Counted from the whole stretch's first letter, positions 1-9,419 are shown. The stretch is 63,865 nt of DNA, filler included, from Klebsormidium nitens (GCA_000708835.1; 8 parts of 8 records of this genome joined end to end with filler, not necessarily neighbours in it); one strand, 5' to 3'. Notes: generated by a model from the sequence alone, not told the origin. Numbers and translations: made by a program.

Positions 1-270
1 CCACAGCATGCACATCTGCGGCAGGCCGGGGATGTTGGGCATCGGTGACAGGTCGGCAAACACGCCTGCCGCCCAGCAATGCTCCGTGCCGCGCAAGTGC
101 CGGGGTCACACCGTGCCGCGCACAACCTGCCGCTCGGCGGACACTGAGCGCAGACCAAAGGCTTCGGCGCCCCAGCGGCGGCGCTCCGGCACGTTCGTGA
201 TAGCAGGCAAAAGGTGCGGCACCATAGACCGTTAGGCCTAGGCGAGACCCCCTTTTTCCGATGTACGGCT

Positions 271-1323
271 CCTCCTAGAAATGTCGAGTCTTTGATCGAT
301 CAGGTTACAGTACTTGTGAATGGAATTGCCGTTGCTCTTGGAGCTCAGATGACCAACTACCTGTCTACGGCCTTGATCGATTTCTATGGGGCTGACAAGT
401 AGCCACAAAGAACTTTGTGCCAATTGGGTGCCGATGTTGCACAGCCTGCGAATGCCACAACTACTGCGATTGTGACTCCGATAGCCATCTCACACTTCCT
501 TGGTTTCCTCTCTAGCGCACAGCCCCGTTATCTGGATACGAGCATCCTTGGGAGCGTGCGCCTACAGATAAAGCTGGCTGGAACAAACGTTTTAGTTGGT
601 CCTGTCACAAGAACACCAACATACGGGTGGAAGCTTGACACCATTCAAGCTTTGTGCCAGGTGGTGAGCGTTGACGATGGCTCTTACTCGCAGATTGTCC
701 AGCAGAGGTTGAGCAACGGCGGTGTGAAGATTCCCTTTAAGTACTACCTGACCTTCCAGGGAAATGTTGGAATTGCTGGACAGAATCTGAGAATGAATGT
801 GAGCTCTCAATCTGTTGATGGAGTCTGGGCAACTTTCCAGCAAGCGTTGACTGGAGCTACTTCTTATACCGCAAATGGCTACGATTCCCAGCTCAGGACC
901 AGCACCTACTTCACGAGGTGTGCCACCAACATGTCTGACTCGGTCTTCTCCGTAAATGGAGTCGGGTTCCCGAGCATTCCCCTCACTCCCAACCAAATTT
1001 GGAATGAAAACATGCACAACATGGGACTTTCTTGCGACATGGTTGGACAGCTAGACAAGTCGTTTGTGTATGCACCAGGTGGTACCATCACGCCTGGTGT
1101 GAATGCTATCCAAAGCAACGCCTTCTTCCACTACTTCAAGTTTAATGTGGACAATGACGAAGGCACTTCCAGGCTCAGCTCTGGGTTGGATACCAGAGGG
1201 TCGGCCTCGACACTCACGTGGACGACGACTGGAAACTCAGGTTCACTTCTGCCGGTCTGCTTTGTTGAGTGCACTGGTATCATGGAGGTGGGTCCCAACC
1301 GCCAAGTGTCCGTGGTCTGGTAA
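271..1323 (+). pseudogene. MCP: PLV major capsid protein (double jelly-roll), N-terminus missing, in-frame TAG at 400-402
   Basis: ORFs 214-402 and 415-1323 share a frame and read PRNVESLIDQVTVLVNG...GADK*PQRTLCQLGAD. Beta-rich body with a PLV-type C-terminus SGLDTRGSASTLTWTT...FVECTGIMEVGPNRQVSVVW. Confidence 0.85.
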
Positions 1324-1360
1324 GCAGTTTGATTTTTATTGTCTTTCTAATGTATAAAGA

Positions 1361-1771
1361 ATGGCAGTCGCGTTCAAGACCCCCCTGGCTAACATGTTCC
1401 CTGAGAAGCTGAAGCCTAGTGAGCAGCCTTATACCGCTCCAAAAGACAATCGTTTGCTACCTAAAGTTGTTCGTATGCCAGTCGAAGTAGACTACGATGA
1501 GCTTGCACAGCCCGAAGACAAACTGGCATGGAATCTACCAAGCAAAGCTGACTTATATGGCAACTCGCTTACAATGATTGACCAAAAGAAGAACATAGCT
1601 CCTGCAAACAAGATTGGCTACAAAGAGCTACTAGACCTCAGCCTTTCCGACCTAACGCAGACAAACGTGAGTGGATTTACCTGCTTGACGGGTACGACTG
1701 CAGCCCAGCGTGGCAAGAAGTTGATCGCGAACGTGCCTCCAGTCGAGAAGCGTTGGAATACCCAAATCTGA
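1361..1771 (+). CDS. PLV hypothetical protein, 136 aa
   Basis: ATG ORF tightly packed after the MCP with an AT-rich leader; no recognisable motif. Confidence 0.7.
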   Translation: MAVAFKTPLANMFPEKLKPSEQPYTAPKDNRLLPKVVRMPVEVDYDELAQPEDKLAWNLPSKADLYGNSLTMIDQKKNIAPANKIGYKELLDLSLSDLTQTNVSGFTCLTGTTAAQRGKKLIANVPPVEKRWNTQI

Positions 1772-1863
1772 TTCTATATATTCATCCGTCAGAAGCGCGC
1801 ATCCGCGAAATCTGTCAGAAAGAACAGATATTACAGTCAAATTATTTTCTTAAGTCTCTATAA

Positions 1864-2511
1864 ATGTCTGACGATTCTATAGGGCCCATCGAATCGGAGG
1901 TTGCGGAAACTGTCGAAGAAGCTCCCGCCGTAGCCGCAACAGGGAAAGTTAAGAAGCCATGCAGCCCAGAAAAGCTAAAGCAGATGGCTTTAATGCGCGA
2001 GAAAGCAGCCCAAAAGAAAGCCCTTATGAAGGAACTTACCGAGAAGGAAAAAGCCCTCAAGCAGAAAACATTCGAAGAGCGAGTTAAGAAGGTAGAGGCT
2101 CTTGAGAAGTCCTTCAAGCCTGCACCTGAGCCTGAGCCTAAACCAAAGGCACTCCAAGCTGCACCTCTAGAGGAATCTGAGGCAGAAGTCGAGGTAGTCA
2201 AGGTGTGAAAAACAAAAAAACCCGCTAAGAAGGTGAAGAAGGTTGTGTATGTGTCTGATTCCTCTGACTCTGAGTCGTCCTCTGACAGCGATGATGATTC
2301 TCAAGATTACTATCGGCGTAAAGAAAAGAAACGATTGAAAAAGAAAGTCGATAAAAAGGTCGACAAGAAGGTTGCAAAAAAGCTCGCTGAACTCGCAGCT
2401 GCTCGACCAACACAACGAGACCTGATGCAGGTTGCTGCTCGTGACGAGATTAACTCGAAGGTTTCGAAGGCGATGAAGGAGATGGCGATGCGCTCGGTGT
2501 TTCCTGAGTAA
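1864..2511 (+). pseudogene. PLV Lys/Glu-rich coiled-coil protein split by an in-frame TGA (2206-2208)
   Basis: ORFs 1864-2208 and 2233-2511 are in the same frame and read through as EVEVVKV*KTKKPAKKVKKVVYVSDSSDSE. Confidence 0.7.
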
Positions 2512-3397
2512 CTTTGGGTTGAATAGTTTCAAGCAGAATCTGATTATCCCAACATTGCCTGAACATTCTGTTTCTATCTTTTGAATCGTAATCCACAAAC
2601 AGAAAGTCGTGAGGCTTCTGGCAGGCTTGCGTCCAGGCTTCCAAGACCTCTTCGGGGGTTGCTTTAGACGCCAGCTCTTCGGCGATCGACTCCTTCAGCT
2701 TATCTGACTTGGTGTCAAACAGAATCCAACAAGACACGTTGCCTCGAACTCCTCTAGGGATACCGTTGGTCAGCACTTGACTTGCCATGATTACTGTGCA
2801 AGAGTGATGGCGATGCAGCAAGATAAAATTCACAAAAGCCCCACGCATGGTTGGGCTGAACATCTTCTTGTCTGCGACACAATCATCTACGACCACACAA
2901 AACGAAGGAAAGCCCCATTTATAGATTGTCTTTGGTGCTTCGAAGTCCAGACCATAAAGCAACGCTATGTCATCATTGCTTAGCGAATCTATGTTCTTGC
3001 ATTTGAGGAAACGTTTCCATGCTTCTAATTCCTTTAAGTACTTTTTATATTCGTCGACTTCGTGCACCATGTAAGCCATGATATCTTTGAAACCCTCTTC
3101 TGTATACCCTGGAATCACTTCTATTGTGAAGTTTCGAGGCTCCTCAGTCAAGCAAGCAGTCTTGGGATCCCGCGTAAAAGTTGGAGAGATGACAAAAACC
3201 TTGTCGTAAGACTTTGCTGCGTCATACATAAGAAGCCATTCGCAAATCCTCGTGGTCTTACCTTGACCCATGGATCCGACAAGTGCAACTAGCGGGTGAA
3301 GGGCAGTCATGTACTCGGGCACTTTGCGGTCTCCATACGGCAGCCTCTTGTTGTTTTTGATGTCCACCTTTGAGATAGGAAGTCGTTCCGTCTTCAT
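2450..3397 (-). CDS. A32-like (FtsK/HerA) DNA packaging ATPase
   Basis: Walker A VALVGSMGQGKTT, KVFVISPT, Walker B CVVVDD, LHRHHSCTVIMASQ and IPRGVRGN; ORF intact at 315 aa. Confidence 0.92.
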   Translation of the reverse strand: MKTERLPISKVDIKNNKRLPYGDRKVPEYMTALHPLVALVGSMGQGKTTRICEWLLMYDAAKSYDKVFVISPTFTRDPKTACLTEEPRNFTIEVIPGYTEEGFKDIMAYMVHEVDEYKKYLKELEAWKRFLKCKNIDSLSNDDIALLYGLDFEAPKTIYKWGFPSFCVVVDDCVADKKMFSPTMRGAFVNFILLHRHHSCTVIMASQVLTNGIPRGVRGNVSCWILFDTKSDKLKESIAEELASKATPEEVLEAWTQACQKPHDFLFVDYDSKDRNRMFRQCWDNQILLETIQPKVTQETPSASPSPSSPSKPSS

Positions 3398-3422
3398 TTT
3401 TTATTATATATGCTGATATAAA

Positions 3423-3738
3423 ATGGTTGCAGATAAGGTCAAAGAAGAGTGGATTAGTGCTATGTGTCGGGATCACCCGAGGCTTCCAAAGTTTGTGGTA
3501 GAGGAGCTGGCGGAAACTTATGCGTTAGATGATGGGGAATCGTTGCGAGAGAATAAGAAAAAAGGGTGAAAAGTTTGCAAGAAAGCAGTCCAAGAAGGGC
3601 AAGTCAAAGTCTACCAAAGAGGAGCTAGACCCAAACAGGTTTAAAATTATGGGGGCGATTGAGGTGGAGACAGCTCCCGAGCAAGAGATTAGTGACGACT
3701 TTGAAAAGGTGACAATCGAGGAGATCACTGAAGATTAA
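3423..3738 (+). pseudogene. Small PLV protein (~104 aa) with a +1 frameshift
   Basis: The ATG at 3423 opens MVADKVKEEWISAMCRDHPRLPKFVVEELAETY. Removing one A from the A6 run at 3558-3563 joins it to ORF 3529-3738 (KKKGEKFARKQ...). Confidence 0.6.
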
Positions 3739-3758
3739 AATGTCTAATTAACTTAAAA

Positions 3759-4286
3759 ATGAATGTGAACTTTGCTGCAGGTCGCTCTGCCCCTCATCAG
3801 CCTTCACCATACCCTTTCCAGAATGTAAGCCAGAGCAAAGCTTATGAGAGAATGTACAAGATCATTCTGCACTCCGAGGATGCAGATTATGAAAATCACA
3901 CGACTTACACATTCCGAAACGTCAGTATTCCCTTTGATGAAATTAAGGGAAACTGCCGCGTCTTCGTAAATAGCTTTCACACAATTAGTCAGAGTGAACC
4001 AACATATCCTTTCTATATTAACCTTGAAGAGCTTTCTCAACCGCTTTCTTATGACAGCAGGTCTGGGACTCAAACAAAAACACTTCTGACAATGCAGGGA
4101 GCCCAGATAGAGGCCGTTAGCCCTTTGTTTGGTGCTTCAATCCAAGATCTTAGCCTATTCAGGCAACGGACTCTCACCATCACTCTCAAGAGTGCAGACA
4201 ATCACGACGATATTGACCTTATGGGAGGAGATGGTGATGTATGCTACCCCTGGACAATGACCCTGGGGATCATCCAGACCGAATGA
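3759..4286 (+). CDS. PLV beta-rich protein, possible minor-capsid-like single jelly-roll
   Basis: 175 aa with alternating hydrophobic strands. Ending LTITLKSADNHDDIDLMGG...WTMTLGI resembles penton C-termini. Lies directly upstream of the mCP. Confidence 0.55.
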   Translation: MNVNFAAGRSAPHQPSPYPFQNVSQSKAYERMYKIILHSEDADYENHTTYTFRNVSIPFDEIKGNCRVFVNSFHTISQSEPTYPFYINLEELSQPLSYDSRSGTQTKTLLTMQGAQIEAVSPLFGASIQDLSLFRQRTLTITLKSADNHDDIDLMGGDGDVCYPWTMTLGIIQTE

Positions 4287-4305
4287 AAATCTCCCTTTAG
4301 ACTAA

Positions 4306-5184
4306 ATGAGTGACTTAAATGTGCTTATCAACAGTCAATATTTATTTTTAAGATCAGCACAACCCAACTCTTATCATTCTATATTTGAGTTTGATACTGA
4401 CGTAATGACGGCAATGCCAGAGCACCAGATGAGCTTAACAGTCGTAGATTTCACCATGCAAGTCCAATATTACGTGGTCAACAGCCTAAACAACCAGCTC
4501 ACCTTGATTGATGTGCTTGCTCACACCTTACCAAGCACCACCATCACAGTCCCTCCAGGAAATTACAGCTACAGAGATCTCTGCCTCACTGTGAGCCGTC
4601 TGTATCCTGGGCTGACATGCACTTATGACAACCATGCCAACAAGGCTGTCTTCAAGTTCACGACGCCTCACACTCTTGCCTTCATAAACAACAGCTACCA
4701 AACCTTTGGATTTGACAGCACAGATGTCCCTTCTGGAACAGTCATCACCAGCACCAACCAGCTAGACCTGAAAGGAGGGGTCAATCAGCTAGTGCTGCAT
4801 GCTGCTGGAGTCTCCACCACCGCTTGCTGGAACGTGGACAATTTCAGTTCAGACCAAGACCCGAAGTGCAAACCCTCTGATGTTCTAGCAGTCATTCCTT
4901 TTGACACAGCCCCATTCACTGTCCTACACTGGCAAAATCCTGGCAACCAGTTTGAGATGTTTCTAAATGAGCGCAACATAAGCAGGCTGCAAATCACGAT
5001 CCAAAACATATACGGCAATGACCTGACCTATTTAAACCCTTATACCATCACCTTTCTGGTGAGGATTTACAAAAAGAATGTTCAAGATGGGCAAAATCGA
5101 ACTGTCGGCATCTTGAGTGAGATCCTGGACTACACAAAACTTTCTTTAATCAAATCAATCGCAGGATTAAATTCTCTGGAATAG
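4306..5184 (+). CDS. mCP: PLV minor capsid protein (penton)
   Basis: YYVVNSLNNQL, TITVPPGNYS, TYDNHANKAVF and ISRLQITIQNIYGNDL...YTITFLVRI match the PLV/virophage penton pattern. Confidence 0.8.
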   Translation: MSDLNVLINSQYLFLRSAQPNSYHSIFEFDTDVMTAMPEHQMSLTVVDFTMQVQYYVVNSLNNQLTLIDVLAHTLPSTTITVPPGNYSYRDLCLTVSRLYPGLTCTYDNHANKAVFKFTTPHTLAFINNSYQTFGFDSTDVPSGTVITSTNQLDLKGGVNQLVLHAAGVSTTACWNVDNFSSDQDPKCKPSDVLAVIPFDTAPFTVLHWQNPGNQFEMFLNERNISRLQITIQNIYGNDLTYLNPYTITFLVRIYKKNVQDGQNRTVGILSEILDYTKLSLIKSIAGLNSLE

Positions 5185-5193
5185 TTATAAAAC

Positions 5194-5472
5194 ATGGGAC
5201 TTTTTTCTCGTATCGGCTCGTCTGTCCTCAAAGGTATTCACTCAGCAGGCAAGATTATCCGTCGCATCGGTGATGTGTCATCCAACGTGGCTAAAACCCT
5301 GCACGGGTCTGCACCACTCATTCACGGGCTATCGGCGGCTATCGGCTCGAACTTCGGGTCGGCGGGTGAACACGCGTCCGCTAAGTTCAACAGACACTTC
5401 GACAGCGGGGTCGCTATGGGGCAGCTCGTGGGGAATCGAGCGTCCGTTGCAGGTAGTTTACTGAGTCCGTAG
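5194..5472 (+). CDS. Small Gly/Ser-rich protein with an N-terminal amphipathic helix (candidate membrane-penetration protein)
   Basis: MGLFSRIGSSVLKGIHSAGKIIRRIGDV; last gene of the capsid block, 9 nt after the mCP stop. Confidence 0.65.
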   Translation: MGLFSRIGSSVLKGIHSAGKIIRRIGDVSSNVAKTLHGSAPLIHGLSAAIGSNFGSAGEHASAKFNRHFDSGVAMGQLVGNRASVAGSLLSP

Positions 5473-5523
5473 TCCTGAACCAATCATCATTTTTCTGATT
5501 TTCAACGTACAAGTTAAAATATT

Positions 5524-5868
5524 TGGGGAGGGCAACTTAGTGGGGAGGGCATTTTTCGTGGGGAGGGCATTTTTCAACTCATTTGACATTTCGATTGCCG
5601 AATCTGTCCTCCCCGCACACCGAAAAATATTGTTTTCTTTTTTAGATCATTTTATTACTGTTATCAGTCCATATTTATCTTATATATCTTTGTTGTTATT
5701 TGGAAATGAGTAGTGGGGAGAGTAAATTGATGGGTGGGGAGGGCGGGGAGGGCAATAAACTAAAAAATATTTTTGAAGGGGGTAAGTAAAAAAATAACTT
5801 TAGGAAAATGGTCTCCCCGCCCTCCCTACCCAAAATCGTCCTCCCCACCCGCCTATTGTCCCTCCCCC
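5524..5868. repeat. GGGGAGGGC direct and inverted repeat array between convergent gene blocks
   Basis: TGGGGAGGGCA at 5524, 5541 and 5559. Perfect 14-bp inverted pair GGGAGGGCGGGGAG (5737-5750) / CTCCCCGCCCTCCC (5813-5826) around a 62-nt AT-rich spacer. Further CTCCCC copies up to ~5868. Confidence 0.85.
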
Positions 5869-5921
5869 AGCTGAATATGTTAGATTCCAAGACTGAATTC
5901 AGTCTCGTAGAAAAAAATGAT

Positions 5922-8537
5922 CTAAGCAAGAGCGTCCTCCTCATCATCGTCGTCCCCCAGGTCTTTTGGCACAATGCCGCGATATACGACGTTTTTATGG
6001 AAAGGTCCGCGTGTCGTGATTTTCTCCGCAGTATGTTCGTTGGAATTCATAGCCTCCTTGAACTGCTGCTGATTCTTGCCAACATAGAAGTGACTCGACT
6101 TGTACGCCTGGTACAGGTCGCCAGCCTTGATGATATCATCAGGGTTGTTAGTGATGTCATAAAACTCTGACAGGAATCCACCGATTACGTTGTTAGAGTC
6201 GATGTACTCATTGGTACACTCAATGATTGACTGCGGGGTCGGCATTTTGCCGTGTAGTTGGACGTGCACGTGGGTCTCGATAAGCAGCCGCACAAATTCC
6301 TGCCAATATGACTCGCCGTTGGTAATATTGCCCTTTAGTTCTGTGTCGCCCTTGCGCTCGCAGGGTCTTGTGGGGTTCTCGACGAATTGAATGAGATGCG
6401 TAATAATCTCCACCCGCCTTTTGATGCCTTCGTCGTAATTATCTAGGGAGGCCTTGTTATTCATCTGGAGAACCAGCACAAATTGCGGAATATATTCGAT
6501 GAAGGACTTGTATAAGTCCCTGGCTTGAATCCTGTCCCTCCCTGACTTTTTCTTGAGCTCGGCGGTGTTAAATTTGTCATTGGTGCCTGGCTTGGTCATA
6601 CACCAGATTCGTTTGCCCTTACCCCGAGCGACTTCGCTGTTGGCGGCACTGCTGTTCCTCTTGCTGCCCGTAAAGATGCTGACGTCAGGCTGATAGTAGT
6701 AGTCGCCCAGAGTTTTGTCGTATAGTGTCTGCATGATGCCCTTGCCGTTCCCACCCTTACCAACCCAAAACTGGATTTTCTCATCCTTCTTGTCGCCGTG
6801 CAAGATGTAAGCACCAAACTGTAGCATGTATTGTACCATTTCGTCAGTGTCATAAATGCTTTTCAATAATTCGAGGAGCAACTTCCGCATTCTCGGGTTA
6901 ACCTTGGGGCTGTAGTTATAGCCAGTAGAGAAGGTCAAGAAGTCATTTGGTCTACCCGCTCTGAATTCCATAGCGTTAAGGTCGTAAACCCCATTCTCAA
7001 ACCCGATAAGATGCGGCGACTCGTCCAGTTTGTGTAGGAACTCCTTGTCGGACAGGTAGAAAAAATCAGCACACTCCTTCATGATTGCGTTCTTGAATGT
7101 CTGGTTCTTCAGTCGCTTGGCGATCTTTCTGTACTGGTCGCCAGTGTCGTCCTTGTCCTCATCGTCCGAGTCGTCCGAATCAGCACGTGCCTTCTTGACG
7201 CAAGCCTTGGACATAGCAGTGAATGCCTTGTACACGTCCGTAGACAGCTTGAGACGCAGCCTGTCAACCCCGCCCACGCAGACCTCCCACCGATGCCCAG
7301 TGAACTTGTACCACGTGGACTTGTCCTTCTCGTCCTTGCTGCTGACGTAATCAAACTTGAACATTGAGTACACGACCTGTGCCACGTCATAATGACTACC
7401 TGAAAGTGCCGTGATCACAGCAGTCTGCATACTGGTCTCAATGTACTTCTTGTACAGTTCGGGGTTGTCGATCTTAGCCCAGTAGTGCAGGCTGCGAATA
7501 GTGTTGCCAGGCTTAAAGTCGTACCACATCTTATCGCACTCACCAGCCTGGTACTTGGACGACAACTGACTGAATTTATCCCAGACCGGTAGAAGACCCT
7601 CATCAACACTGTGCAGGCTAGAGCCAACCGCCAACCAGTCGCTTCTGACGTCAGCCCTAGACGGAGCCAGCATAGCCACAAGCTGCTCAACCTCCCCCAG
7701 AAGAACCATATTGCACGTGGGGTGAACAACCTTCGTTGGCTGAGCGTCAGGTTTGGCGCTCATAGCAGCGGCAAATGCGGCAACCTCCTCCGCCTTCTCC
7801 GGGAGCACCTTGGACTCATCATCATTGCCGTTCTTGTTGCGAATAGATAGCTGGTCAGTCAAATCGGACGGCTCATCTTCACAGGGATCGGAGTCACCAT
7901 CCTTACCCCACAGAGTGTAAGCGCACGTGTAGGCAGGTCCTGTACCGTCCTTGGTACTCCCGTACATCAGGAGGGGGTTCTTGTCAATAACCGCCAAGTC
8001 GTAGATGTCATTCCACGTGTTCAGGAATTTGACGTCGGCGAAAATCTCGGACAGCGTGCTAGACTCCAACAGATTCTTACGGATGATGTGCTGGACGGTT
8101 GAAACCGTTACTATGTCGGGGAAGTGCAGGTGAAAACCGTCCTTGAAAGGGTGCTTCTTGTCAGCTCGGGGGGCGGGTTTTTCCAGCGCGTAACACGTCA
8201 GTGCATCCTCGTCAAAGTTGACGTAATGTGAGGCTTCTTGGGTGACGGCGGTGTAGATTGCTTTGATATGGTCGGTAGTGTAAACACGCTTCGCCGACTC
8301 CTGCTTGAAATCGAAGTCGATGAAGATGGGTGACGTGGCACGGTGTTTCTCAGTCAGAGTCAGGTGAATCTTCTTTGTGAGTGCAGCGTTGTACAGATCC
8401 ATGAAGGACTCTGATTGTTCTTCATTTACATAGTACGTACCTTTAAAATCACCAGCACACCCGGTGTGTGTATATTCAGAACCCTTCTGCACTTTGCGGG
8501 AGTTGAGGAAGTTTAGAAGATTCTGCTTTGCTGCCAT
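5922..8537 (-). CDS. D5-like primase-helicase (AEP primase + PriCT + D5_N + SF3 helicase), 871 aa
   Basis: AEP motifs IFIDFDFK, DGFHLHFP and YDLAVIDKNPLLMYGSTK; PriCT-like DWLAVGSSLH...WDKFSQLSSKY; IGFENGVYDL; Walker A WVGKGGNGKG. The Walker B region reads MTKP where SEP/TEP is expected. Confidence 0.92.
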   Translation of the reverse strand: MAAKQNLLNFLNSRKVQKGSEYTHTGCAGDFKGTYYVNEEQSESFMDLYNAALTKKIHLTLTEKHRATSPIFIDFDFKQESAKRVYTTDHIKAIYTAVTQEASHYVNFDEDALTCYALEKPAPRADKKHPFKDGFHLHFPDIVTVSTVQHIIRKNLLESSTLSEIFADVKFLNTWNDIYDLAVIDKNPLLMYGSTKDGTGPAYTCAYTLWGKDGDSDPCEDEPSDLTDQLSIRNKNGNDDESKVLPEKAEEVAAFAAAMSAKPDAQPTKVVHPTCNMVLLGEVEQLVAMLAPSRADVRSDWLAVGSSLHSVDEGLLPVWDKFSQLSSKYQAGECDKMWYDFKPGNTIRSLHYWAKIDNPELYKKYIETSMQTAVITALSGSHYDVAQVVYSMFKFDYVSSKDEKDKSTWYKFTGHRWEVCVGGVDRLRLKLSTDVYKAFTAMSKACVKKARADSDDSDDEDKDDTGDQYRKIAKRLKNQTFKNAIMKECADFFYLSDKEFLHKLDESPHLIGFENGVYDLNAMEFRAGRPNDFLTFSTGYNYSPKVNPRMRKLLLELLKSIYDTDEMVQYMLQFGAYILHGDKKDEKIQFWVGKGGNGKGIMQTLYDKTLGDYYYQPDVSIFTGSKRNSSAANSEVARGKGKRIWCMTKPGTNDKFNTAELKKKSGRDRIQARDLYKSFIEYIPQFVLVLQMNNKASLDNYDEGIKRRVEIITHLIQFVENPTRPCERKGDTELKGNITNGESYWQEFVRLLIETHVHVQLHGKMPTPQSIIECTNEYIDSNNVIGGFLSEFYDITNNPDDIIKAGDLYQAYKSSHFYVGKNQQQFKEAMNSNEHTAEKITTRGPFHKNVVYRGIVPKDLGDDDDEEDALA

Positions 8538-8559
8538 TTTAATATACCTGGCGACATTT

Positions 8560-8573
8560 CTTTAAGTAGTTTT
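8560..8573 (-). promoter_or_regulatory. Conserved PLV upstream motif AAAACTACTTAAAG
   Basis: 22 nt upstream of the primase-helicase ATG; identical copies at 9406-9419 and 9852-9865. Confidence 0.75.
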
Positions 8574-8613
8574 CACTTTACCTTAAAATGAAACAAAAAA
8601 ATGACTTCAATAA

Positions 8614-9381
8614 TTACATCGAAAACTTGAGTTCCAGATAGTTAAGAGCTAACTGCACGTTAGGTGTGGTCGGAGAAATGGTCTGGACAGCCCAAGCAGC
8701 ATACCCCCGGTCGATTTCGTAAACACACCTTCCCTTATACTTGGTTCCAATGGGCCAAATGCAGTTAGATGCCTCGGTCTGGACGTATCTCGGACGCACG
8801 TCAATCTCGTCCGGATTGGTTGATTTGATGTACCGTGAGATGTCAAAATTCCTGACACGTGGCGCAATCGTGGCAGCGGATATCGCCCGCATCCGATAGC
8901 CATATTGAAAACGACAGTCCTTGCAGTATCCCACGTGGCTCTTACGTTGTTTCTCGCCGCACTCATTACAGCGGCGACCTTCCCGCTTTTCACGGCAGAT
9001 CGTACAATAATTGTCCTTGCGATTCTTATGGGGCATGCGGCAGTTTGCACAGGTCTTCCCCTGATTATCGGGAGGTAAGAACCTTAAGATGCAGCAATTC
9101 CCGACCACGAAAAGCTTGGGCGGGTTGCACCGTCGATCGTTGGGCATGTACTCCACGTAACAGTTCTCCTTGATCCAATGGGTGCATTCACACTCTTCCA
9201 CAAAGTCAGGCTGAAGCGACACGTCACCAAACCGTTGCATGAAGTAGTTAAAGCGAGACTGCTTATTTCCTCTCGCGTAGTAGAAGTAGCGAAATGACTT
9301 GGCACCAGTCTGCCCGAAAAGCTTGTCCTTCAGAATTCGTGCATATTCTTGCCCGGGGTGCGAATCAATGCCTGGTTGCAT
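8614..9381 (-). CDS. Cys-rich zinc-finger-like protein with a C-terminal GxKYKG...Y..W motif
   Basis: CxxC pairs (CANC, CTIC, CNEC, CKDC). WPIGTKYKGRCVYEIDRGYAAWAV resembles DUF3820/exonuclease-X C-terminal domains. Confidence 0.7.
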   Translation of the reverse strand: MQPGIDSHPGQEYARILKDKLFGQTGAKSFRYFYYARGNKQSRFNYFMQRFGDVSLQPDFVEECECTHWIKENCYVEYMPNDRRCNPPKLFVVGNCCILRFLPPDNQGKTCANCRMPHKNRKDNYCTICREKREGRRCNECGEKQRKSHVGYCKDCRFQYGYRMRAISAATIAPRVRNFDISRYIKSTNPDEIDVRPRYVQTEASNCIWPIGTKYKGRCVYEIDRGYAAWAVQTISPTTPNVQLALNYLELKFSM

Positions 9382-9405
9382 TTGTAATTTAATGAAAAGG
9401 CTTCT

Positions 9406-9419
9406 CTTTAAGTAGTTTT
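9406..9419 (-). promoter_or_regulatory. Conserved PLV upstream motif AAAACTACTTAAAG
   Basis: 24 nt upstream of the ATG at 9381. Confidence 0.75.

Noticed and set aside
1-235. GC-rich ORF 8-235 and a possible minus-strand frame with one stop
   Set aside because: No recognisable motif in any frame; too short to call.
3032-3046. TTCCTTTAAGTACT resembling the viral promoter motif
   Set aside because: It lies inside the ATPase coding sequence (KYLKE codons) and is not upstream of a start.
5524-5569. Short regularly spaced repeats as a possible CRISPR array
   Set aside because: The repeats are 11 nt with 6-7 nt spacers, no cas genes are present, and the context is eukaryotic.
5696-6390. ORFs 5696-5974, 5808-6170 and 6190-6390
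   Set aside because: They arise from the repeat array or lie antisense to the helicase; no coding signature.
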